Assembly: GCA_965218585.1 (NCBI GenBank)
Contig: CBDCLE010000004.1
Span: 128,001 to 192,000 of the forward strand
Reading direction: 5' to 3'
Length of the DNA: 64,000 nucleotides
Source: Terriglobia bacterium
GTDB lineage: Bacteria > Acidobacteriota > Terriglobia > 20CM-2-55-15
Shown: positions 38,515 to 50,477 of the stretch, piece by piece
Position numbering within the stretch: the first letter of the stretch is position 1
Layout of the letters: each line of letters begins with the position of its first letter
Notes under the pieces: generated by a model
What the model was told of the DNA's origin: nothing
What the model saw: the letters and a program-made list of their open reading frames with translations, nothing else
Databases searched by the model: none
Position numbers and translations under genes: made by a program

Positions 38515-40149
38515 ACACCATGGATTGACCTGCCCTGGCCTCGTACGCGTGGGTTATGTTGCGGGGCGAGGAACCTTCGACACAGAGCCACAACGAGGAG
38601 GGCAGGTCATGAACAAGTGTAGTGCATACGTTGGACTGGACGTTCACAAGGACACGATCGCGGTGGCGGTAGCGCTGCCCGGACGTGAGGCGCCGGTGTA
38701 CCGGGGCGAGATCAAGAATCAACGCAAATCGCTGCTGCGACTCATTCGCAGCCTGAGTCCGCACGCAGAGGTGTTGAGCTTCTGCTACGAGGCGGGACCG
38801 TGCGGGTATGGGGTGTATCGAGAGATCATCGACACCGGCCACTATTGCGAGGTGGTCGCGCCGAGCCTGATCCCGCGGCGCGCGGGGGAGCGAGTGAAGA
38901 CGGATCGGCGCGACGCGGTGAAGCTGGCGCGGCTGCATCGGTCGGGGGAGCTGACGGCGGTGTGGGTGCCCGACGAGGAGCAGGAGGCGATGCGCGACCT
39001 GACGCGGGCGCGCGAGGACATGAAGGCGATCGAGGCCAAGGCTCGGCAGCGACTGGGGGTGTTTCTGCTGCGTCATGATCGAGTGTATCGGGAAGGCAAG
39101 AGCCGGTGGACGCAACGGCACTTTCGGTGGCTGGAGGAGCAGCGGTTCGAGCATCCGGTACAGCAGGTGGTGTTTCAGGAATACGTCGATACGGTGATGG
39201 AGGCGCGCCGCCGCGTGGCGGGCCTGGAAGGGCAGATGCGCGAGGTGTTGGAGCAGTGGTCGCTGCGTCCGATGGTCGAGGCGCTGATCGCGTTGCGCGG
39301 GGTGGATGTGGTCACGGCCATGACGGTGCTGGCCGAACTCGGGGACCTGACGCGTTTTGATTCGCCGCGCGAGCTGATGAGCTTTCTGGGGCTGGTGCCG
39401 AGCGAGCACTCCTCGGGGCCGCGGCGGCGCCAAGGAGCCATCACGAAAACAGGCAATGGACACGTGCGCCGCGTGCTGGTTGAATCGGCCTGGAGCTACC
39501 GGTTCCCTGCGCGCAAAACCAGGCACTTGAGATGCAAGGCGAGTGCGGCGCCGCCAGCAGTGCAGGCCATCGCCTGGGCAGCCCAGAAGCGGCTGTGTGC
39601 GCGGTACCGGCATCTGTATAGCGCGGGCAAGGCGAAGTGCGTGGTCACCACCGCGGTGGCCCGCGAGCTGGTGGGGTTCATCTGGGCGATTGCTTGCGAG
39701 GTGATGGGCCGAGCCCATGCAACGCGGGCGCGGAGCTGAGAGATGGGCCGGAGTTCTCCACACCTTGCCACTGCTCCGCCGTGTATTCGAAGCACGCGGT
39801 GCCATGGACAAGGTGTGGGAAACTCCTCTGACGCCTCCCCGGGCGCAATGCCATCATGCGCTTCCGGAGCAAGGCTGGACCCAAAAAACGTAATGTGTTG
39901 GATTCAGGGCGTGGCAGGCCGGTGAGGAGAATCCTCGTGCACGCTATGAGAGGCTTGGCTCAGCCAGACCGACCCACGTCCTTAGACCGAGGCAGCTCCG
40001 CGACGAAGTGATGTCAGGTGGTAGCCAACCCACGAATATCAGAGTGATCCACCGTCGCGAATCATGCCGGCCGCGCCCTGAATCCAGCACATTGAAGGAG
40101 GCGCATTCGAGAAACGTAACGGAAGCTTGACAGGGTCAATCCATATCAG
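38515..40149 (+). mobile_element. IS110-family element, intact; recombinase 38609-39739 and long 3' non-coding end
   Basis: YVGLDVHKD, CYEAGPCG, VKTDRRDA, LGLVPSEHSSG; sub-terminal IRs ATGGATTGACC / GGTCAATCCAT; AG core at both junctions. Confidence 0.93.
39900..40090 (+). ncRNA. Predicted bridge RNA region of the IS110 element (boundaries approximate)
   Basis: CCTTAG (39980) equals left flank plus core; ATATCAG (40036) equals element right end plus core. Confidence 0.65.
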
Positions 40150-40217
40150 CGTAGGATTTGGCCCCCTACCGGACTCGACCCCAAATAGATTTCAGAAGAG
40201 CATGCCCATTATCTACA

Positions 40218-40469
40218 ATGCTGGCGAACATGACCGAAGACGAACGACAGGACCTGCTCAGAACGGTCGCCGAGAGCCACGCGAGCCTGTCCGAGGTCGC
40301 CCTCAAGTTACGGTTGGAACTGCCGCCGAAAGCTCCGGCGCTCAAGACAGCGATAAAGGCTGAACGGGAAGCCTTTCATCTCAAGCGTGCACTTCAACAA
40401 ATCGTCGTGGAGGATCTTGAACACGCCGACGAGGACCACTCGTTGCCCGAAGTGCGCCGTAGGAAGTGA
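40218..40469 (+). CDS. Small hypothetical helical protein, 3' end clipped by IS1182
   Basis: Open frame with plausible composition; last codons merge into the IS end sequence TGCGCCGTAGGA. Confidence 0.5.
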   Translation: MLANMTEDERQDLLRTVAESHASLSEVALKLRLELPPKAPALKTAIKAEREAFHLKRALQQIVVEDLEHADEDHSLPEVRRRK

Positions 40470-41997
40470 ATGAGATAATAGTGTCGCAGTTAGGAGGAGA
40501 ATGCGATGCCGACGACGTTTCGCCCGTACCAGCCGGAGCAGGGGTTGCTGCTGGCGCCGGATATACGGGATTGGTTGCCGGAGGGGCACTTGGCACACCA
40601 TGTGAGCGATCTGGTGGACGGATTGGACTTGACGGCGTTTTACGCGCCTTACGAGGGGGACGGTCGTCGCAAGTCGCCGTATGAGCCGCGGATGATGGCG
40701 AAGGTGCTGATCTACGGGTACGCGACGGGGGTGTTTTCGTCCCGAGGGCTGGCGCGGAAGCTGGAGGAGGACGTGGCATTTCGGGTGTTGGCGGCGGGGA
40801 ATTTTCCGAGCCATCGGACGATTTGCGAGTTTCGCCGGCGTCATTTGTCGGATTTCAAGGCGCTGTTTGTGGAGGTGGTCGGTCTGGCGCGCGAGACCGG
40901 GGTTGGGAACTTCGGCAAGTTGTCGATCGACGGGACGAAGGTTCGAGCCAATGCCAGCAAGCGCAAGGCGATGAGTTACGGTCGGATGCAGGAGGAGGAG
41001 CGGCGCCTGGAGGGCGAGATCGAAGCGTTGCTGTCGCGCGCGCGGGAGACCGATGCGGCGGAGGACGCGCGTTTCGGGGAGGCGCATCGCGGCGATGAGT
41101 TACCCGAGGAGTTGCGCCGCCGGGAGGATCGGCTGGCGGCGATCCGGGCGGCCAGGGCGCGATTGGAGGCCAGGCAACGGGAGGCCGACGAGGCGCGGGG
41201 ACGCGAGCCCGGTTCGAAGCGCAACCGGAAGAGCGGGCGGCCCTACAAGCGGGAATACGGCGAGCCGGACGAGAAGGCGCAGGACAACTTCACCGATCCC
41301 GAAAGCCGGATCATGAAGACCTCATCGGAGGGTTTTCAGCAGTGCTACAACGCGCAGGTGGCGGTGGAGGGAGAGAAGCAGTTGATCGTCGCCACCGAGG
41401 TGTCGTCGAACGCCAGCGACCAGGGTCGGCTGGTCCCGTTGGTGGACGAGGTGGAGGCCACCCATGGGGAACGGCCCGAGACGGTGCTGGCGGATGCGGG
41501 CTACTGCAACGAGGACGACCTGGAGGCGCTGGAGGCGCGCGGCGTGGACGGCTATGTGGCCTTGGGCCGGGAGGGCCGGCGCGCGGTCGCGGTAGACGCC
41601 GCCAGGCATCCGGCGAAGGCCCGCATGGCCGAGAAGCTGTCGATGGAGGCGGGACGGGTGCAGTACGCCCAGCGCAAATGGCTGTCGGAGGCGCCCAACG
41701 GGTGGATCAAGGAGGTGCTCGGCTTCCGCCGATTCAGCCTGCGCGGCCTGAACAAGGTCCAGGGCGAGTGGAACTTGGTGTGTCTGGCATTGAACGTCAA
41801 GCGGATGCAGGGGCTTCAGGCAGCCTGATGACAGGGATACCGCCCGCAAATCAGGCCGAACGAGGGTCGATTCAAGCACCCGTGGCGCACCCATCGGCGC
41901 CTCGTCGTCCAAAACGCCCATTCCCCGGTCACCGATACCGATCAATCGCCATATCGCGAAATTCGCCGAGTCGAAAATCGTCCTACGGCGCAGGCTC
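40453..41997 (+). mobile_element. IS1182-family element (transposase 40506-41828); outer bases of the left IR missing
   Basis: YGYATGVFSSR, SIDGTKVRANAS, NFTDPESRIMK, LADAGY; right end CTACGGCGCAGGCTC plus CTAG; left end retains only TGCGCCGTAG. Confidence 0.92.
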
Positions 41998-42048
41998 CTA
42001 GCACCATCTTGATCTCTCATCTCTCGACAAATGGAGGTCTTATCCACA

Positions 42049-42360
42049 ATGAGCATGCGAGACAAAATGCGCGCCTTCGGTTACAGCAAGGAAGACGCGT
42101 ACTTCTTGAAGAAGGATCAAGACCTGATCGATAAAATGCGAAAGGAGGCGGCTCGACGGAAACGTGAGCTCGCCGAGAAGCACAAGGGAGCGCCCTACTG
42201 GATGAAGTGCCCGAAGTGCGGCTCGGACTTGGATGAAGAGCGCTACTCCGACCTGGTCAACATCGATCGATGCACCGGATGCTCGGGTTTGTACCTGGAC
42301 AAAGGGGAGTTGGCAATCATCCTCAAGGCCCAGTCGAGCCGATCCCTTGGAGAGGGCTGA
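42049..42360 (+). CDS. zf-TFIIB zinc-ribbon domain protein
   Basis: MKCPKCG...IDRCTGCSGLYLDKGEL. Confidence 0.85.
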   Translation: MSMRDKMRAFGYSKEDAYFLKKDQDLIDKMRKEAARRKRELAEKHKGAPYWMKCPKCGSDLDEERYSDLVNIDRCTGCSGLYLDKGELAIILKAQSSRSLGEG

Positions 42361-42619
42361 TACGGACCTGGCGTTGCCGGGGTTCGTCGTATACGTCGAG
42401 CGAAAGAGAATGGCTCGGAGAACCGTCCTGACAAGCCGGCAGAGGTCGGCCCTGTTTTCCCCTTCCGCAACGCGAGGTGGGTGAGCGGTTCCGATGTTCG
42501 GCAACAGATTCAGTTCATCAACCAGCTGTTCGAGGTCGCTGCATGAGACGGAGCCTGGTCGATCCAACCAGTCACTCTCTTGCTGATTTTCGAAAGTTGC
42601 AACACATCCTGAAAGCTCG

Positions 42620-42853
42620 AGCATGTAGTCGGTGAGTGCGTCGAACACTACAATCATCACCGGCACCATGAATCACTCAACAATGTGACCCCAGCCGATG
42701 TCTTCTTCGGACGTCATCAGGACATGCTCTCCCGAAGCAAGCAGCGGACCCTGGCTCAACGCAGAATCGCGAATCTTAGGACTGGAGTGGTGTAACGTGA
42801 AAACCGTCTCTTAGCAAAACGGCATTTTTGTCCAAAATGTTCTGACGACATAC
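42620..42853 (+). pseudogene. IS3/IS481-like transposase 3' fragment with right end
   Basis: VEHYNHHRHHESLNNVTPADVFFGR; ends TGTCCAAAATGTTCTGACGACATACA. Confidence 0.7.
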
Positions 42854-42968
42854 ACGCGCGCATGAAGTGCATGATTCCTTCATGTCGTCACTGGGCTGGG
42901 CGTATGCTAAGACACTTTCGACGGGCGATTTTCTGAACGACTGAAGTCTTAATCCGAGGAGCCCAACG

Positions 42969-43685
42969 GTGCAAAATGCGATTGTCATTGGGGCATCTTC
43001 GGGAATTGGAAGAGCGCTAGCCAAGACACTCGCCCGGGAAGGCTACGCACTGGGTCTTGCAGCGCGCCGAACGGATCTTCTGGACTTCCTAGCCCGCGAA
43101 CTGCCCACCCCGACTTTCGTGGCGACGCTGGACGTCTCCCAACCCGAAGGTGGAATGAGCGCTCTCGGTGAGCTCATAGCCCGCATGGAGGATGTGGAAC
43201 TCTTCGTCTTGAACGCAGGAACCGGCTTCATCAATCATGCGCTGGACTGGGAACCCGAGAACGAAACGGTCGCTGTCAATGTCGTCGGCTTCACGGCCAT
43301 GGCCAATGTTGCACTGAAACACCTCGAACAGCGGGGCGGGGGCCAGTTGGTGGGAATTTCTTCGATCGCGGCTCTCCGGGGCAATCGTGAAGCTCCCGCT
43401 TACGGAGCTTCGAAGGCGTTCATGTCCAATTACTTGGACGGCTTGCGACACAAATACGCGAAACAACGCCTCCCGATCTATATCACCGAAATATTGCCGG
43501 GATTCGTGGATACGGCGATGGCGAAGGGGGACGGGAAATTCTGGGTGGCCTCGCCTGAGAAAGCCGCCCGGCAGATCAACGCCGCGATCCGCAAACGGAA
43601 GAAAAAGTCCTATATCACCCGGCGGTGGAGACTGATCGCCTGGATCGTCAAAACTCTGCCTGACTGGATCGCCCATCGCATCTGA
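42969..43685 (+). CDS. Short-chain dehydrogenase/reductase
   Basis: GASSGIG, LNAG, YGASK, PGFVDT. Confidence 0.93.
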   Translation: MQNAIVIGASSGIGRALAKTLAREGYALGLAARRTDLLDFLARELPTPTFVATLDVSQPEGGMSALGELIARMEDVELFVLNAGTGFINHALDWEPENETVAVNVVGFTAMANVALKHLEQRGGGQLVGISSIAALRGNREAPAYGASKAFMSNYLDGLRHKYAKQRLPIYITEILPGFVDTAMAKGDGKFWVASPEKAARQINAAIRKRKKKSYITRRWRLIAWIVKTLPDWIAHRI

Positions 43686-43794
43686 GTGCTCTTGCAGGCT
43701 GTCGGACTTGAAAGCACCGATTGAGCGTCTACGAATCGACGATTGAACGTTTGCAGAGCGATTCGGTGAAGAAGTGTCAAGAAAGACTGTGATT

Positions 43795-44133
43795 CGGCAT
43801 TGTATCGCCGAGATACCAAACTACAATGCTCTTTACGCGGAACAGGACAGCAACCAGTTTTCAGTTCTCGGAATCACCCTCCAATCTGGATCATTCGAGG
43901 ACGTGGCGCCCCACATTACGGAGTTGGGAATCGAATACCCCGTCGTCATGGGAAACGAACAAGTAGTTCAAGGCTTCGGCGGATTGATTGGCTGGCCGAC
44001 GACCTTCATAGTCAGCTCCGACTGACAGATCTACAAGAAATATCTAGGCCAAACGGAAGGCAAGAAACAAGCTATCGAACAGGACATTCTGGACCTCACC
44101 GGAGCTGTAGACGCGGCGACGCTGTCGTTCTAA
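43795..44133 (+). pseudogene. TlpA/thioredoxin-like disulfide reductase remnant
   Basis: CIAEIP..YPVVMG..GGLIGWPTTFIV; first Cys of CxxC and N-terminus missing; in-frame TGA at 44023-44025. Confidence 0.7.
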
Positions 44134-44451
44134 GTGGTTCTGCTCGATTCGTCGGCGCGGGTTCCGCCATCGGTCCCCAAAATCAGGCAGTATCTACGCT
44201 GGCTCCTCAATTCCAAGCACGTGGACTCCAGTGAAGCCGGCCTCGGCGACTCAATGCCGCATTTCAATTTTCGTTGACAGGCCGGCGAAGTCCAGCAAGA
44301 CTTGGATGGCAGATTAATCCCATGCCCGCTTCGCGACAACTCATCGTTTGCTTGTGCATCGTGCTCTTGGCGTGTTGTGGTTTTGTATCCATTGGGCCGC
44401 CAGAGATTGTTTGGGTCGTTCCTCTCTTTGCTACTTTCTCGTTTGTCCTAG

Positions 44452-45993
44452 GAGTCTGCGCGGCAGAGCGGAAAGAACCTGGATTTATTGGGATTTGATC
44501 GTGTTGTCGGAGGCGACCGGACCGATTCTGCCGTTATGATGAACTCAGACCGGTGCGGACTCCAGTAGTAAGCCGTGTGATAAGGGTGGCGGTCCCGGTT
44601 TTCCGGATTAGGCCCATTCGATCTTCCCGTTCATCCGTCGTAAGTTCACTGCTAGAGTCACCAGGTTCCACTCACAGGTCACCTTGTCCAAACCTCGCAG
44701 ACTGAACTGTCGGAATCCGAGCACCGATTTGATCCACCCGAAGGGCGGTTCACCAATGTGCTTTCTGGCCCGGTAGCGATCACGCCCAGACGGGGATTTC
44801 ATTTTTCTCGTCATCCGACCAAGCGCGGTATCTTGTGGCGGGAGGGGGGCATCGTCCAGGTCCTTCTCCCGCCCCATGGCGACATACCCATCAATTTGGC
44901 GTTGTTCTAACATCCCCAGATTCGACTCGGATCGATACCCCGCATCAGCGAGCACGCGGCCTGGAGACTCTCCCAGGTTGTTGTTCACCGCATCCAGAGT
45001 CGGCTCCAACTGCCCCACATCCGACGCATTGTCGCTCACCGTGGTCGCCACGATGATCCGGGCCTCGGAATCCACCATCGCCTGCGCGTTGTAACATTGC
45101 TGGAACCCTTCCGTGGAGGTCTTCATGATCCGGCTTTCTGGATCGGTGAAGTTCTCCTGGGCCTTGGGCTTGGGCTCGCCCATGGGGCGTTTGAATGGCT
45201 TGCCCTTCTTTCCGCTTCCCGGTTCGTCGTCTCCCGGTTTCCGTCCGGCTTCCTGGTCCGCAGCCATCTGACGTTCCTCGAGTCGCTTCATCGCCGCCTG
45301 GATCGTGGCCAGACGCTTCTTACGGGTCGCCAACCCGTCGGGTAGTTCGTCTCCGCGCCGGTCCTTGCCGTAACGCTGGTCTTCGTCCTCATCGGTCGCG
45401 GTCGCCCGGTTCAACAGATCCCGAATCTGCTCACCCAACTCGGTCTCCTGCTTCTTCATGCGTTGATAGCTCATCGCTTTGCGTTTGCTCGCATTCGCCC
45501 GCATCTTGGTTCCGTCCACCGCTACCGTCCCCATCTTCACCAAACCCGCTTCTCGCGCCATCATCACCACTTGCACAAACAGCTTCCCGAACTCCTCAAG
45601 ATGCAGTTTGCGAAAATCCGAGATCGTTCGGTGCGCGGGAAAGTTCTCGGCTCCCAACATCCGGAACGCCACATCTTCTCTCAACTTCGCTGCGATCTTC
45701 CTGGATGAAAACACTCCGGTCCCGTACCCATAGATCATCACCTTCACCATCATCCGCGGATCGAAGGCCTGATTGCCAGGCCCGTCAGTTCCATGCCTCT
45801 GTTCGAACCCGCTCAAATCCATCGCGTCCACAGCATCCGATATGAAGTACGACAGGTGATCTTCGGCCAGCCAATCGCTCAGCGACGGTGGCATCAGCAG
45901 GCTCTGTTCTGGAATATAGGCTCGGTAAGTTCGTGGCATGCCCTATCTTCCATCCATTCCCGCCCAATTTCGGTCCTTCTGCCGCGCAGACTC
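44452..45993 (-). mobile_element. IS1182-family element (transposase 44608-45939)
   Basis: 16-bp IR GAGTCTGCGCGGCAGA; CTAG on both flanks; AVDGTKMRANAS, LADAGY. Confidence 0.95.
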
Positions 45994-45997
45994 CTAG

Positions 45998-46781
45998 CAT
46001 CGCGGCGATCGCTTGTGCTGAACGTTGCAGATGTACTCCCCCACGCGAACTCGCGCCCAGGGTAACCCCGGGGTGGTTACGGGTCGCTACGAGGATTCTG
46101 GCGAGGTACTCCCTGACGGGTCGGGCGATTTCCACGTCTCTGACCTGTGCCTGCATTTCGCGTATAGTCTGACCATCCAGAACGGGTTCTACAAGTGGGT
46201 CACCACGCTGGTTGCGCTCCAGTATTTCTACCTGTTCAGCCTCGTTCGGGTTACCTATGGTCAGGGACATTGTGAAGCGGTCGAGTTGGGCGTGGGGTAG
46301 TGGGAAAGTTCCGTAGCTGTCGATATCGTTCTGAGTGGCGACCAGCCAGAACGGGCTGGGCAAAGAATAACTTTTGCCGTCGGCCGTAACCTGTCCTTCG
46401 GCCATCGCCTCCAGTAGTGCAGATTGAGTTCGCGTACTGGTCCGGTTGATTTCGTCTGCCAAGACTACGTTCGCAAAAATTGGTCCCTCTACGAACTCGA
46501 AACGATTGTCCGCCTGATTAAATACAGATGACCCGGTAATGTCAGTGGGAAGAAGGTCGGGGTTGAATTGGATGCGCTTGAAGCTTGATCCCAGGGATCG
46601 GGCAAGGGAACGGGCTAAAAGCGTCTTCCCGGAACCCGGAAGATCGTTGAGCAGAAGATGTCCTCCCGCAAGCAGACTCGCGACACTCAGACGGATAACC
46701 TCCGGCGGAGCGACAACCGCCTCGGAGACGTTCCGTACTAGGCTATCCGAGTTCTGGACAAATGAATTTGTGAGAATCCAC
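45998..46781 (-). pseudogene. MoxR-family AAA+ ATPase, 3'-truncated by IS1182, start out of frame
   Basis: GGHLLLNDLPGSGKT, RIQFNPDLLPTDITG, LADEINR, ATQN..GTFPLP.AQLDRF. Confidence 0.9.
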
Positions 46782-46793
46782 TTACTCCTATAG

Positions 46794-48261
46794 TACTACT
46801 ATGTTACAAACGAAGCGGTCCACAGAACGGACAACGAGGAAGCTGCTGAATCAGGAAGCGGGCGATGCGAATGCGAAGCGTGGCAATCGAGCAGGGGTTA
46901 TGTCGTTCGGGCCGGATCCGGGGTTCCGCGGGGTTTGAAGTGTTTGGGGAGTTTGGGGACGGATAGTCCAACATGCTCGACAAATGCAGAGGGGGAAAAA
47001 CGGCTCCGCTCGGCGACCAGGAACCCATAAGAGGCAATACATAAGGTGCCATGATGGTGAAATCCACGCCAGCCGCGACCTTCGTAGTGTCCCAGACCGA
47101 GTTCCTGCTTGAGTTCCTGATAGTCGCGTTCGATGATCCAGCGCTGTTTGGCCTGACCGGCCAGATCGGAAAGCGAGGTATGGGCCCCAAGAGTGGAGAG
47201 CCAGTACCGGATCGGTTCGGATGCGGTCTTGGGCCACTCGACCAACAACCACTCTTTCGGATGCGGCGAGTGGCGCTCGTGATCCAGATGAGCGGGACGA
47301 ATGCGAACTGCGGCGAAACGGGAACGCAGGGTCTCGGAGGTGCCTTCGCGCCAGGAGACGTTCTTCCAACGCTGGGGAGACAACGAGAGGGCCAGTTGCT
47401 TGACCGAAACCGGTTGATGTTTCTTGTTGCGCTGCATGCGGGTCGGTGTCCGTCCGCGGCCGGTCAAGGATTTCGGCGGCAAGGGACCCTGGCCCGGTTT
47501 CCACACGGTCGTGGTGCCTTGCACCCCTAGGACGTAGCTAAGTCCGAGTTCGGTGATGCCGTGCCGGAACTTGTAGTTGTTGCCGTAGGCCGTATCGCCC
47601 AGAACCGGTGCCGGAGCAATGCCGTCATCGACGGCCTGCCGGATTTGTTCCAAAGCAATTTGAGGTTTAGTTTGAAATCGAACGTCTTCGGGAATAGCGG
47701 CTTTGCTTCGACGTTCCGGATCCTTCGCCCAGGTCTCGGGGAGGTAGAGTCGCCATGCCACCGGCAAGCTGGATTTCGCTGTCGCCACCGACAGGCTCAC
47801 CGCCACCCGGCAGTTCTCAGGTTTGCCGACCTGTCCACAGTATTGCCGGGCCACACCCACCGAGTGGGTCCCCTTTTTCACGAATCCGGTGTCGTCGACA
47901 ATCCAGGCTTCAATCGGACCGTTGGCTTCCATCGCCCCCAGCGCGTACTGTCGAACTTCTGCCAACAGAGCCGCATCGTCCCAGGGCGCATCCGCGACCA
48001 GATGATGTAGCGACTGGTGCATTCGGCGTACATTATCCGGAGCCAATCGTGCAGCCATCGGCTCCACACTCTTACGTTTGATCGGCAGCAACAACCCGGT
48101 GCAGTACGACTTCAACGGTTCATGACGATCGGCGTGTCCTGCGGCCGACGCCAGGCGTTCCAAATAGGCCGCAAAACGTTTTTCCTGAGTGCCTGGCGCC
48201 TTCGATTTGGCGCTCATGACCGGATGCTAACATAAAATAGGCCGTTTGTAACATAGTAGTA
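46794..48261 (-). mobile_element. IS701-family element, full length (transposase 46898-48217)
   Basis: 19-bp IR TACTACTATGTTACAAACG; IVDDTGFVKKG.HSVGVARQYCG, GDTAYG, RWIIERDYQELKQELGL; flanks are not duplicated. Confidence 0.95.
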
Positions 48262-49110
48262 GTCTACCCCCATGGGAAAAGGCGGCGCGAGAGTCCACAC
48301 GAATCCGTTTGCCGGATGGGAAGCTGAGGCGGCGGTTGGTTAAACCGCAACTGATTGGCTCCATAGTCGGAACCGTTGAAGGCGTTATCCCCGGAGCGGG
48401 GGGCACGATCGCTTCATTTCTCTCCTACAACGAAGCCCATCGCTGGTCGAAGACTAAAGAAGAATTCGGCAAGGGGTCCCCGGAAGGAGTGGCAGCGCCG
48501 GAAACAGCAAACAACACAGTTGCTGCGACCGCGCTCGTTCCGTTGCTGAGTTTCGGAATCCCCGGATCGAACTCCGCGGCAATCCTGCTGGGTGGATTGC
48601 TCATACACGGTCTCGTTCCGGGACCACGATTGTTTGAAGAAAACGCCGACGCCGTTGTCGGCCTTTATACCGGGCTCTTTGTCGCAAACCTGTCGTTGCT
48701 CCTGATCGGCAGCGCTATCCTGCCGGTATGCCTCTGGCTGGTCAACCGGTCCAAGGCGGTACTGATGGCTTTCATATACGCGCTGATCTTCTCGGGCGTC
48801 TATACGATCAACTTCAGCTTGTTCGACGTGGGTCTGGTACTGGCTGCCGGTACTGCTGGCCTCGTGATGCGGATTTTGGGATTGCCCTTGCTGCCGGCCG
48901 TTCTCGGTGTTGTCCTGGGCTTTCTGGTGGAGTCGAACTATCGCCGGTCTCTTGTGCTCTCAGGGGGTGAACATTCGATTTTCCTGGAAGATCCCATCGC
49001 CATAGTTCTTCTCTCGGTCGCTGGCCTGTTTATCATGGGTTCGGTCGGTACGAGAATCTGGTCGAGCATTCGGACCAACGGAGGCAGCCGAGGAGCAGGT
49101 ATACGGATGA
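48262..49110 (+). pseudogene. tctA: TctA tripartite tricarboxylate transporter permease, 5'-truncated by IS701
   Basis: GVIPGAGGTIASFLSY, FGKGSPEGVAAPETANN, LSFGIPGS, GLVPGP. Confidence 0.88.
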
Positions 49111-50477
49111 ATAAAGAACCGCGCCAACCCGTCGCCGTGACTCTGGCTGAGTGGATCGCGGGATTTTCTTCCGAAGAGTTGCCCGAAGCCGTCACAAAGG
49201 CCACGGCCCACACCCTGATCGACACGATCGGTCTCGCCTTTGCCGCCCGCAATACCGATTACGTCGAAGCACTCGGGCAGTCGTGGACGGAGACCGGTGC
49301 ATGCACGGTCATCGGTTCCAAAGACTCTCTGTCCCCGGAAGCCGCGGCAATGATCAACGGAGCGGCGGCACATGGTGAAGACTTCGACAACACGTTCGAA
49401 GGATGTCCGGTGCATCCGGGAGCGGTCATCGTACCTGCTGTGTTTGCGATTGCCGAAGCCAAAGGGCTCAATGGTGCCGATGTGTTGCGAGGTATCACAG
49501 TAGGTCAGGAAGTGATGTGCCGGATAGGCCTGGTCGTCGAGAAGGGGACGCACGCGGCGGGCTTTCACCCAACTGGTGTAATCGGCTCAATGGGAGCCAC
49601 CGCAGCCATCGCGGCGGCTACAGGGGCAGCTCCGACGGCAACCACCAATGCTCTCGGGATTGCCGGAAGCATGGCGTCGGGCATCATCGAATACCTGTCC
49701 GACGGTTCATCGACTAAGAGGATGCATGCGGGTTGGGCAGCCCAATCCGGACTGCGCGCCCTGGCAATGGGCCGCGCGGGCTTCAAGGGCCCCGCCACCG
49801 TGTTCGAAGGCGAACACGGATTCTTTCACGCCTTCGCCCCTTCAGTGTCTCCTGACCTCCGCCTGTTGACAGAGGAACTCGGAAGCCGATGGGAAGCCGC
49901 GAGGTTGGCGTTCAAGCCGTTCGCTTGTGGGACCATGGTCCAACCCTTCGTGGATTGCGCAATTCGTCTTGGCAAACGCGGCATCGGCATCGAAGATATC
50001 TCAGAACTCACATGCTCGGTTGGAGAAGGAACGGTGCATCGTCTCTGGGAACCTCTGGAGCTCAAGCGCAACCCGCCGACCGGATACGCCGCTAAGTTCA
50101 GCACACCCTACTGCATTGCCGTTTCTTTCCTTAGGGGAAAAGCAGGATTGGCCGAGTTCGATGAAACGTTGGTTCAAGACCCTGAGATTCGTGCTCTTTC
50201 CAACAAGGTCGGATACAGGATCGACCCCGACGACGAGTACCCACAGAACTACACCGGTCACGTCCGGGCAATCCTGACCGACGGCTCAGTGGTCGAGGAA
50301 CGCCAACCCTATCTTCGGGGCGGAGTGCGGGAACCACTGGACCGGGAAGAACTGATCGACAAATGTGCGGCCAACCTCGGCTATGGCGGCGGGGACCCAG
50401 GACTGGCAAGTGCAATCGCTGAATGGGCGGACCGATTGCGAGAAAACACGACGGTAATCCCCCGACTGCCCGTATAA
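49107..50477 (+). CDS. MmgE/PrpD-family protein
   Basis: RBS GAGGAG before ATG 49107; NGAAAHGEDFD, HPGAVIVPA, GFHPTG, KRMHAGWAA, KPFACG. Confidence 0.9.
   Translation: MNKEPRQPVAVTLAEWIAGFSSEELPEAVTKATAHTLIDTIGLAFAARNTDYVEALGQSWTETGACTVIGSKDSLSPEAAAMINGAAAHGEDFDNTFEGCPVHPGAVIVPAVFAIAEAKGLNGADVLRGITVGQEVMCRIGLVVEKGTHAAGFHPTGVIGSMGATAAIAAATGAAPTATTNALGIAGSMASGIIEYLSDGSSTKRMHAGWAAQSGLRALAMGRAGFKGPATVFEGEHGFFHAFAPSVSPDLRLLTEELGSRWEAARLAFKPFACGTMVQPFVDCAIRLGKRGIGIEDISELTCSVGEGTVHRLWEPLELKRNPPTGYAAKFSTPYCIAVSFLRGKAGLAEFDETLVQDPEIRALSNKVGYRIDPDDEYPQNYTGHVRAILTDGSVVEERQPYLRGGVREPLDREELIDKCAANLGYGGGDPGLASAIAEWADRLRENTTVIPRLPV

Noticed and set aside
44023-44025. In-frame TGA in a thioredoxin-fold gene as selenocysteine
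   Set aside because: It is not at the CxxC position and the gene already lacks its N-terminus; a nonsense mutation is simpler.
48309-50477. Apparent 722-aa TctA-MmgE/PrpD fusion protein
   Set aside because: The PrpD part has its own RBS and ATG at 49107, and an alternative frame ends TctA at the overlapping ATGA (TEAAEEQVYG*). A small indel in an already headless tctA explains the fusion better.
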